Assembly (NCBI GenBank): GCA_965223505.1
Contig: CBDCWP010000042.1
Span: 32,001 to 96,000, forward strand
Reading direction: 5' to 3'
Length of the DNA: 64,000 nucleotides
From: Planctomycetota bacterium
Lineage (GTDB): Bacteria > Planctomycetota > PLA2 > JAEUHO01
Both the position numbers and the translations under genes were made by a program. Under the pieces are notes generated by a model that was not told the origin of the DNA, did not search any database, and saw nothing but the letters and a program-made list of their open reading frames with translations. Positions 50,772 through 58,875 of this stretch are shown here, in pieces; the first letter of the stretch is position 1, and each line of letters opens with the position of its first letter.

Positions 50772-51242
50772 TCAGGCAACCTTGACGCGGAACAGCGGTT
50801 GGTCGAACTCGACCGGCTCCCCGTCTTCGACCAGGATCTCGACGATCTCACCGTCCATCTCGGCCTTGATCTCGTTGTTGACCTTCATCGCCTCCACGAT
50901 GCAGACGATGGTCTCGCCGTTGACGTGCTCGCCGATGTTGGTGTACGGGTCGGCGTCGGGGCTGGGCCGACGGTAGAACGTGCCGACCATCGGAGAGACG
51001 ATCTCGCGTGTGCCCGCCGGCGGCCCGGCCGGCTCCGCCGGTTCCGGTACGCTCGGGGCATCGGCCGGGGCCGGGGCCGGGTGCACGGCATGCGGCAACG
51101 CGTATTGCGGCGGCGCGGCCGGGGCGACGCCCCCACCGTCCTTGCGCAGGGTCACGCGCTTGCCCTCTTCTTCGATCTCGAGCTCGAGGAGATCGTTGTC
51201 GTTCATCAGCTGAACGAGCTTCTTGAGCTCTCGAAAGTCCAT
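50772..51242 (-). CDS. accB: Acetyl-CoA carboxylase biotin carboxyl carrier protein
   Basis: SPMVGTFY, EAMK biotinylation motif, Pro/Ala linker. Confidence 0.97.
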   Translation of the reverse strand: MDFRELKKLVQLMNDNDLLELEIEEEGKRVTLRKDGGGVAPAAPPQYALPHAVHPAPAPADAPSVPEPAEPAGPPAGTREIVSPMVGTFYRRPSPDADPYTNIGEHVNGETIVCIVEAMKVNNEIKAEMDGEIVEILVEDGEPVEFDQPLFRVKVA

Positions 51243-51407
51243 CTAGGCTCCCGGTGACGTGCCCGCCTCACGCGCGACCCATGATTGTGCGCGTCCTGCC
51301 TGGCGAGCGCAACTCCTGCCGCGTAGGTCCAGCGCGCCGCGCGTGGACACGACGCGTTTCGTAAGGCTATGTCGGGCCAGATCTTACGTGGAACGAGCCG
51401 CGGCGCT

Positions 51408-52424
51408 TCACGTCGTCGCGGCGCGCTGCGTTCGAAAGACGTGTTCGGCGATCTCCACCGCGTTCAGCGCCGCCCCCTTGCGGAGTTGGTCGCCGGTCAG
51501 CCACAGGTCGATGGCCCGCTCGTGTCCCGGGTCGCGGCGCACCCGCCCCACCAGGACGGCGTCGCGGTCCGAGGCATCACGGGGCGTGGGGAACGCCATC
51601 GATGCCGGATCGTCCACGACCTCCACCCCCGGCGCCCTCGCCAGGATCTCGCGAACCTCGTCCGGCGAGACCGGACGCTCGAACTCGATGTTCACGGCCT
51701 CGCTGTGCGCCCGCCGCACCGGAACGCGGACGCACGTGCAGCTCACGGCGAGATCGGGACGTTCCAGGATCCGGCGCGTCTCGCGCACCATCTTCCACTC
51801 CTCCGTCGTGAGGCCGCCCTCGGCGAAGGCCTGCACGAACGGGATCGCGTTGGCGTGAATCGGGACCGGGTACGCCTCCGTCACGAGCGGCTCGCCGCTT
51901 CGATCCGCTTCGATCTGCTCTTCCAGCTCGCGAAGCCCGGCGGCGCCCGAACCGGAGACCGCCTGGTAGGTCGAGACGACGACGCGCTTCACGGGCACGG
52001 CCCGTTCGAGCGGTCCGAGCACCATCACCATGATGATCGTCGAGCAGTTCGGATTCGCAATGATGCCCTTGTGCCGCATCGCGGCATCGCCGTTCACCTG
52101 CGGCACCACCAACGGAACGTCGGGATCCATTCGAAACGCGGACGAGTTGTCGATGACGAGCGCGCCTTCGCTCGCCGCGCGGCGCGCCTGGTCCTTTTGG
52201 GACGACCCGGCCGAGAAGAACGCGACGTCGACGCCGTCAAAGCTCGCGGTGGCCAGGTCCTCGACGACGATCGACGCGCCGTCGAAGTCGATCGTCTTGC
52301 CGGCGGATCGCGCGGAGGCCATCAGGCGCAGCGACGTCATCGGGAACGCGCGTTCCTTCAGGATGCGTAGGAACTCCTGCCCGACGACCCCGGTGGCTCC
52401 GGCAACGGCGACGTGAAACGACAT
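51408..52424 (-). CDS. asd: Aspartate-semialdehyde dehydrogenase
   Basis: GATGVVG, DNSSAFRM, ANPNCST, TYQAVSGSG, CVRVPV, DQLRKGAALNAV. Confidence 0.97.
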   Translation of the reverse strand: MSFHVAVAGATGVVGQEFLRILKERAFPMTSLRLMASARSAGKTIDFDGASIVVEDLATASFDGVDVAFFSAGSSQKDQARRAASEGALVIDNSSAFRMDPDVPLVVPQVNGDAAMRHKGIIANPNCSTIIMVMVLGPLERAVPVKRVVVSTYQAVSGSGAAGLRELEEQIEADRSGEPLVTEAYPVPIHANAIPFVQAFAEGGLTTEEWKMVRETRRILERPDLAVSCTCVRVPVRRAHSEAVNIEFERPVSPDEVREILARAPGVEVVDDPASMAFPTPRDASDRDAVLVGRVRRDPGHERAIDLWLTGDQLRKGAALNAVEIAEHVFRTQRAATT

Positions 52425-52435
52425 GACTCTACACC

Positions 52436-52936
52436 TCAGCTGTCTTCGTTGGGTGCAACCGCGTCACGTTGCCAGTGACCGGACTTGCCGCCCACCTTTT
52501 CCACGAGCCGAATCGACGCGATGGACGCGGAACGGTCCACGCCCTTGACCATGTCGTACAGCGCAAGCGCCGCGACCGCGGCAGCCGTGAGCGCTTCCAT
52601 CTCGACGCCGGTTCGGTCGATGGCGCGCACCTCGGTACGAATCTCGACGCGATCGCTCGCCGGCGTCAGGTCCACGCGCACGTCCTGGATCCGAAGCGGG
52701 TGGCAGAGCGGAATCAGGTCGGCGGTCTTCTTCGCGCCCTGGATGCCGGCGATGCGGGCCACGGCGAGCGCGTCCCCCTTGGTCAGCGTTCCCCCGTCGA
52801 CGGCTGCGACGGTCTCGGGCCGCATGTGCACCGCGGCCTTCGCCACGGCGCGCCTGGCCGTCTCCGGTTTCGCGGAGACGTCGACCATGGACGCGCGGCC
52901 TTCGTCGTCGAGATGGGTCAGCTTGGGCTCGGACAT
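52436..52936 (-). CDS. moaC: Cyclic pyranopterin monophosphate synthase MoaC
   Basis: LTHLD..G.ASMVDVSAK, LIPLCHP, TGVEMEALT, LYDMVK, K.GGKSG. Confidence 0.97.
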   Translation of the reverse strand: MSEPKLTHLDDEGRASMVDVSAKPETARRAVAKAAVHMRPETVAAVDGGTLTKGDALAVARIAGIQGAKKTADLIPLCHPLRIQDVRVDLTPASDRVEIRTEVRAIDRTGVEMEALTAAAVAALALYDMVKGVDRSASIASIRLVEKVGGKSGHWQRDAVAPNEDS

Positions 52937-53006
52937 CGGGCCCATGGTACCGCCGCGGCCTCGCCGCCGCCGCTAACGCGCGCCCGTGGCAGGCGTCTGT
53001 CTGGTC

Positions 53007-54092
53007 ATGCTGCGACCGCTCATCACCCTGGGTCTGGTTTTGTCGTGCGCCCCGGCGGCCTGGAGCAAGGCCTCCCATCCGGCCTTCGATCTCGGCGCGT
53101 GCACCCACCGCGCGACGCACGTCTTCGCTGCGAACAGCAATGCGAGGGGCGACCGGTTACGGGTCGTCGAGAGCTGGCAGGGTGACCTGGCGCCGGGTGA
53201 CGAGCTCGAGCTGACGGAGCTTCGCCCGCTGGAAGCGGCGCGCGGCAAGCGGGTCATCGCCTTCCTCGTGCGCGAGGGCGGCGTCTGGCGCCACGCGTCG
53301 GAGGGCTTCTACAAGGTGCCCGCGACGACGCCTGGACTCGTACGGACGAGCGTCGTCTGGATCGACGGCGGCGTGGTCAAGGGCCTGCAGTCGGGCGAGC
53401 GCGGCTCCGTCGTAGGCGTGGTTGCTCACTACGACGCGCGCACGAAGACGTTCACGCCGTACACGGAAGCGACGCTTCGCCGGGAATGGACGCGGCTACG
53501 GGGCTGGCGAACACGCTTCGAGCGGGCGAAGGCGCTCGCCGACCCGTCGAAGCGCGGGGAAGCGCTGTGCGAGCTCGTCACCACCTCGCCGTTGTCGCGC
53601 TACTGGTACGCCTCGTACCCCCTGATTCGCGATTGCGGCGAGGCCGCGTGGCCGCACGTGCAGACGGCGCTGGACACCCTCTTGAAAGACGGGCACCGCG
53701 GTTGGGGCTGGAAGTTCGTCGAGATCGTCGAGTCCGCCGCGCCGCCGGAGGCCAAGGACCGGCTTGCCGCGTTCCTTCACGACCGGCTGCGTGCGGAGCT
53801 TGCGTACTGGAAGAGGAGCGCGGCCAAGCTCGAGGCGCTACCCGACGGCGCGCTCTACGGCATCCAGCGGGCGTGGCGCGACGGCGAGACGCAGGGGGCG
53901 GTTGACGTCGAGATCGCCGTGCGTTACTTCGCGACGTTCCACCTCGTCGAAGCGCTGCGACGCACGGACGCATCGCGTGGGAAGGCGACGTTCGGCGCAC
54001 TCGAAGCGTTCTGGATGCGGCACCAGGACCTCCACAAGGGCTACGTCGACGAGGTCCGTGTGCTCGACGCGATCCGCCGTGCGTCGGTGTAG
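53007..54092 (+). CDS. Hypothetical secreted protein
   Basis: Signal-like MLRPLITLGLVLSCAPAAWS; coding-like codon usage; no family recognised. Confidence 0.6.
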   Translation: MLRPLITLGLVLSCAPAAWSKASHPAFDLGACTHRATHVFAANSNARGDRLRVVESWQGDLAPGDELELTELRPLEAARGKRVIAFLVREGGVWRHASEGFYKVPATTPGLVRTSVVWIDGGVVKGLQSGERGSVVGVVAHYDARTKTFTPYTEATLRREWTRLRGWRTRFERAKALADPSKRGEALCELVTTSPLSRYWYASYPLIRDCGEAAWPHVQTALDTLLKDGHRGWGWKFVEIVESAAPPEAKDRLAAFLHDRLRAELAYWKRSAAKLEALPDGALYGIQRAWRDGETQGAVDVEIAVRYFATFHLVEALRRTDASRGKATFGALEAFWMRHQDLHKGYVDEVRVLDAIRRASV

Positions 54093-54259
54093 GGGCGACC
54101 CTCGTGGTCGCCCAACCGTTCGTCGATCAGGTCCCGACACATCAACGGTCCGGGAGCGGGAGCGGGATGGATGTAGGGGCGACCCTCGTGGTCGCCCAAT
54201 CATTCGTCGATCAGGTCCCGACACACGCACGGTTGGGCAGCCACAAGGGCTGCCCCTAC
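54089..54259. repeat. GTAG-family REP cluster (two direct copies plus one inverted; REPIN/BIME-like)
   Basis: GTAGGGGCGACCCTCGTGGTCGCCC at 54089-54113 and 54173-54197, each followed by the shared linker TTCGTCGATCAGGTCCCGACACA; inverted unit at 54235-54259. Confidence 0.88.
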
Positions 54260-57069
54260 TACCTCCGCACGTACTTGCCGCCGTTGGCTGCGGCCAGGCG
54301 CTCGAGCAGATCCGAGTCTCGGCCGATCGAGACGCAGTGGATCGCGATCCGCCGTGACTGGTTCAAGCGGCGCACGCCACGCAGGATGTCCGGGGTCGTC
54401 ACGAACTTCCCCGATCCCGGCGCGCCGTCGGACAGGACGAAGATCGTGTCGACGTCGTCCATGAGCAGCGCGAGCTCGACACCGTCGTAGAGATTCGTTC
54501 CGCCCGTCGGCTTCATGTCCAGCAGGTGCTTCTTCAAGATCCCACGGTTGCGGGACGACAGCTTCTGCAGCTTGTCCTTCCACGGGTGGATCGTGGTGTG
54601 GAACATCACCACGTTCACGCGCGCGCGGTCGTTGAGCTTGCCGATGGCGCCGAGCACCTCCCGGACGGCGACGTCGAGCTGATTGAGCCGCTCCTTCTCC
54701 TCGTCGTCGAGAGACGCCGCCGGCGAGCTCATCGAGCCGGACTGGTCGATGACGAACACGACGCGCTCCGTCTTCACCGGAATGCCGTAGAAGCCCGCAC
54801 CCGTGCCGCCGACGTCCGAGTCCACCCGCTCGGGAATCTCGACCGGCACCTCGAACGTCGCCTGGTTCTTGTTCCACCAGTCGCGCCAGATGCGCGGATT
54901 GTCGTACAGCGGCTGCCCGGTCAACCGGAACAGCGCGTCCGCGATCGCGTCGCGAATCCGCGGCACGTCTTCGTTCTCGAGCCGGTCGATGAGCGGCTCG
55001 ATGCCCGACTTGCAACGCAACGCCTCGATCGCTTGGATCGCCGCTAGGCGGACCTGCCACTCGTCGTGACGGAGACTCGGCGCGACCTTCTTGCACAGCT
55101 GTGTCTGGCCCGACGCCCGGGCGGCATCGAGCGCCAGGATGCGATCGATACGCCGCTTGGACGTGAGCAGCTTGAGCAAGAACGCGCGCGCCTTGTCGTC
55201 GCCCATGCCCACCCGTGCGAGCGCGCGAATGGCGGCCTGACGCGGGGCGTCCTTGACGGGATCCTTGCTCGCCTTCTTCTTCGCGAATTTCAGCAGCAGA
55301 GGGACCGCCGCCGGGTCGTCGTGATCGCCCAGGGCTTCGAGCTGCGCCGCGCGCGCGTCCGGGTCCTTTTCCTTCTTCGCGCGCTTGAGCAACGCCTTGG
55401 TCACGTCCCGGTGCGGGATCCCGGCCAGCACCTCCGCCGCGACGGCCCGCAACGCCGGCGACTTGGCGTCGACGGCCTTCACGATCGCGGCGACGCTCTT
55501 CGGCGCGCGAATGAACCGAAGCGCGTCCAGCGCGTTCGACCGGATCTCCTCGTCGAGCCCCTCGCGCTCCAACATGGCCAGCAGCGCTTCCACGCTCTTG
55601 GGATCGCCCTGCATGCCGAGAATCGTGACCACCTCCCGGGCCTCGAATCGCGTGAGCTCGGGATCCTCGGCGAGCCCGATCGCGACGTCGCGCGTCAAGG
55701 GGTGCCGCAGGTCGTGCAGGTCCTCCAGGACCTCCAGGCGCAACCGGCGGTCGTTTGAACGCGCGGCTTCCAGCATGAGCTCCATCGGCGGGCCGCCCTT
55801 CAGGTACCGCAGGCCGTATCCGTAGAGCGCTTCGCGAACGTCCTTGCGCGACTTGTACGCGTCGAGAATCGCCTTGCGGGACCCGTCGGTGCGCATCCCG
55901 GCGAGGTACATCGCGGCTGAGCGAACGGCCGTCGCCTCGCCCTTCGCCACGATCTTCTCGTAGACCCTCGCGCGATCCGGGTGCCCCATGCCTTGGAGCG
56001 CGTAGACGGCGGCGTTCTGGATGTTCGCGTCGCTCTGGCCGGCATAGCCCATGACGGCGCTGCCGCCGATCTTCAGGTAGCAGGCGTAACCCATGGCCTG
56101 GATCGCCTGCTGCCGGATGTACTTCTCGGCGTCCGCGTCCGCGATCCTCTTCAGCACACGAAACGCGTCGTCCGTGCCCACGCGGCCGATCTCCCGCACG
56201 GTGTCGTAGCGGTCCACGAACGACTTCGACGTCTTCTTCTCCTTCTCGAAGAGCTGCTTGAGCTCGGCCAGCGACTTGTCGGGTGGCGACGTCTTGCGAC
56301 CGCTCGACATGACGCCCCTGTTTTGCCACTTGCGCGGCTTCGCGTCGGGCACGGCCGCGGCTCGAACGAAGGTGAGCGTGCGACCCGAAGCGTCGGTTCG
56401 TTTCGCGATCCAGCCCTCGTCGCCGACGCGGAACGCGACATCGGGCTTGACCTGCTCGTCGTCGGCGCCGTACGTGTCGAACGTGCCGTTGCCGTTCAGG
56501 TCGACGAAGACCGTGTCGCGCGCGTGGTCGAAGCGAAGATCCGAGGTGTTGTCGCACAGCGCGACGAGGCGCAGACGGCCGCCCAGCACGGCACGACCGC
56601 GACGGTGCACGTTCGGACGCACCATCAGGGAGTCGATCGCGAGTTTCGGCCTGTACGTGAAGTGCAGCGAGACGGGCGTCGGCCGCTCGTCCCCCTCATA
56701 CGAGATCAAGACGGTCTGATCGCGTTCGTACTCGTTGCCCTCCTTGCGCATCCAGACGCGCTTCTCGTCGCGGAGCTGTCCGTCCATGTTGTGATCGACC
56801 CACAGCCGCGGCCCCTCCGGGCGCGCGTCCATGGCGATCAACAGCCCCCTGGTGCCGGCCATGACGATGCGGCTGTAGCGCGGCGTGCGAACGGCCGGAA
56901 GCGCGGCCAGGCCCTTGGGCGGGTCCGGTTTCAGCGGGACGCGGTTGGCGCCCAGCGAATCGATGCGGCCCGGCTCGAACGCCAGGTGCGCGACGATCGT
57001 CTCCACATCCTCGCCGTCGGCGCGCGCGGGCAGCGCGACGACGAGGCACGACAGGGCGAGGAGCAGCAT
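54259..57069 (-). CDS. Secreted HEAT-repeat protein with C-terminal vWA domain
   Basis: Signal MLLLALSCLVVALPARA; many HEAT repeats; FVIDQSGSM, GGTNLYD, FVLSDGAP. Confidence 0.85.
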   Translation of the reverse strand: MLLLALSCLVVALPARADGEDVETIVAHLAFEPGRIDSLGANRVPLKPDPPKGLAALPAVRTPRYSRIVMAGTRGLLIAMDARPEGPRLWVDHNMDGQLRDEKRVWMRKEGNEYERDQTVLISYEGDERPTPVSLHFTYRPKLAIDSLMVRPNVHRRGRAVLGGRLRLVALCDNTSDLRFDHARDTVFVDLNGNGTFDTYGADDEQVKPDVAFRVGDEGWIAKRTDASGRTLTFVRAAAVPDAKPRKWQNRGVMSSGRKTSPPDKSLAELKQLFEKEKKTSKSFVDRYDTVREIGRVGTDDAFRVLKRIADADAEKYIRQQAIQAMGYACYLKIGGSAVMGYAGQSDANIQNAAVYALQGMGHPDRARVYEKIVAKGEATAVRSAAMYLAGMRTDGSRKAILDAYKSRKDVREALYGYGLRYLKGGPPMELMLEAARSNDRRLRLEVLEDLHDLRHPLTRDVAIGLAEDPELTRFEAREVVTILGMQGDPKSVEALLAMLEREGLDEEIRSNALDALRFIRAPKSVAAIVKAVDAKSPALRAVAAEVLAGIPHRDVTKALLKRAKKEKDPDARAAQLEALGDHDDPAAVPLLLKFAKKKASKDPVKDAPRQAAIRALARVGMGDDKARAFLLKLLTSKRRIDRILALDAARASGQTQLCKKVAPSLRHDEWQVRLAAIQAIEALRCKSGIEPLIDRLENEDVPRIRDAIADALFRLTGQPLYDNPRIWRDWWNKNQATFEVPVEIPERVDSDVGGTGAGFYGIPVKTERVVFVIDQSGSMSSPAASLDDEEKERLNQLDVAVREVLGAIGKLNDRARVNVVMFHTTIHPWKDKLQKLSSRNRGILKKHLLDMKPTGGTNLYDGVELALLMDDVDTIFVLSDGAPGSGKFVTTPDILRGVRRLNQSRRIAIHCVSIGRDSDLLERLAAANGGKYVRR

Positions 57070-57168
57070 CTGCTTCAAGGGCCCGGATTCTAGCCGTCGG
57101 AGCGCCGCGGCGCTGCACACGGGTCCCGTCGGACGGGTGGCGGAGAATCCGGAGCACCCGGAGGCTCC

Positions 57169-58866
57169 GTGCTCGCAACGCTGCTCTTTGAACCCGAGCC
57201 TCTCCTGGTCCTGGCGTTGGTCCTCGTCGTCGGCGTCGCCTCGGGCGCGATCGCGCGGCGTCTGGGCCTGCCCTCCGTCACGGGACAGATCCTCGCCGGC
57301 ATCTGCCTCGGCCCGATCTTCCACGTGTTCGAGCACGCGACGATCACGGGCTTCGCCCCCGTCATCGACTTCGCCCTGGGCCTCATGGCGGTCGCGGTCG
57401 GCAGCCACCTCCAGATCGCCCGGCTCAAGTCGGCGGCGCGCCGGCTCTCGCTGCTCATCCTGGCGGAGGCCCTTCTGACGCCGGCATTGGTGTTCGGGGG
57501 CGTCATGATCGTCGGCGGTGTGGAGTGGGATGCCGGATTGATCCTGGCGACGATCGCCGTCTCGACGGCGCCGGCCACGATCCTGGCGATCGTGAAAGAG
57601 ACGCGCTCGAAGGGGGTCTTCGTCAAGACGCTCGTCGCGGCGGTCGCGCTGAACAACATCGTGTGCATCGCGCTTTTCGAGTTTGCGCACACCGCGGCGC
57701 TGCAAGCCGTCGGCGGAACGAACGGCGTCTCGACCTGGGCGCTCTTGCTGGCGCCGCTCGAACAGCTTCTCTTCGCGGTCGTCCTGGGCAGCGGCGTCGC
57801 GATCCTGCTCGTCGTCGCGACGCGCCACGTGGTGCGCACCGATCAGATGACGACGCTCTCGTTCATCACCATCCTGCTGACGGCGGGACTCGCCGCGCAG
57901 CTGGGCGTCTCGTCGCTCTTGGCCTGTCTCGTCTTGGGCGTCGTCCTCGCCAACCTCACGCCGGACAAGGAAGAGATCGGTCACAGCGTCTTCGAGAGCT
58001 TCGAGACGGCGATCTTCGCGATCTTCTTCACGTTGGCCGGCATGGAGCTGAACTTCGACTACGCGCTGGAGGCCGGCGTGCTGGCGCTGGTCGTCGTCAG
58101 CATGCGCGGCGCCGGCAAGCTGCTGGCCGGACGATTCGCCATGGGCTTGGCCGACACGACCGACCGGGTGCGCAAGAACCTCGGGCTTGCGCTCCTTCCG
58201 CAGGCGGGCCTGGCGGTGGGCCTGATGCTGCTCGTCACGGAAGACACGCGCTTCCCGGAGGAGATGCGCGCGGTCATCCTCGCGACGGTGCTCACGGTCG
58301 TGACGATCAACGAGATCATCGGACCGGTCTGCACGCGCATCGCGCTCGCGCGCTCGGGCGACATCGGCCGCGACCGATCGCGCCTCATCGACTTCATCCA
58401 CGAAGAGCACATCGTGACGGACCTGGAGGCCGAAAGCGTCGAGGAGGCGCTCGAGAAGCTCACGGATGTGCTCGTGCGGACGAACGATCTGCAGGCGAAC
58501 CGCGACGCCATTCTCGCCTCGGCGCTCGAGCGGGAGTCACGCGGCTCGACGTGCCTCGGCGACGGCCTTGCGGTTCCGCATGCCGATCTCGAGGAAGGCG
58601 ACGAGATCGTGGGCGCGGTCGGCATCAGCAGCGAAGGACTTCACTTCGAAACGCCCGACGGCGCGCCTGTGCACTGCATGGTGCTGATCGCGACGCCGCC
58701 GTCCCAGCGCGACCACCGGCTGGAGGTCATCACGGCGTTTTCGCGCGCGATCTTCAGCGACCGCGGCATCGAGCAACAGCTCTACCACGCCCGGACGCCG
58801 GCGCACGCGTACGAGCTCCTTCATCACGAGGAGTCGGAGGACTTCAACCACTTCCTCGAAGACTGA
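57169..58866 (+). CDS. Cation:proton antiporter (CPA2-like) fused to a PTS EIIA type-2 domain
   Basis: LPSVTGQILAG, STAPAT, FFTLAG, LLPQAG; C-terminal RE..GST.LG.G.AVPHA EIIA motif. Confidence 0.88.
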   Translation: MLATLLFEPEPLLVLALVLVVGVASGAIARRLGLPSVTGQILAGICLGPIFHVFEHATITGFAPVIDFALGLMAVAVGSHLQIARLKSAARRLSLLILAEALLTPALVFGGVMIVGGVEWDAGLILATIAVSTAPATILAIVKETRSKGVFVKTLVAAVALNNIVCIALFEFAHTAALQAVGGTNGVSTWALLLAPLEQLLFAVVLGSGVAILLVVATRHVVRTDQMTTLSFITILLTAGLAAQLGVSSLLACLVLGVVLANLTPDKEEIGHSVFESFETAIFAIFFTLAGMELNFDYALEAGVLALVVVSMRGAGKLLAGRFAMGLADTTDRVRKNLGLALLPQAGLAVGLMLLVTEDTRFPEEMRAVILATVLTVVTINEIIGPVCTRIALARSGDIGRDRSRLIDFIHEEHIVTDLEAESVEEALEKLTDVLVRTNDLQANRDAILASALERESRGSTCLGDGLAVPHADLEEGDEIVGAVGISSEGLHFETPDGAPVHCMVLIATPPSQRDHRLEVITAFSRAIFSDRGIEQQLYHARTPAHAYELLHHEESEDFNHFLED

Positions 58867-58875
58867 TCTCGCGCG

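Noticed and set aside
54089..54259. Possible CRISPR array (25-bp repeats, 84 bp apart)
   Set aside because: Only two direct copies plus an inverted one, the 'spacers' are largely identical, no cas genes are present, and the unit has GTAG-REP structure.
57070..58410. N-terminal extension making the HEAT-vWA protein 1383 aa
   Set aside because: It is antisense to the antiporter gene, and a clear signal peptide begins near 57069.
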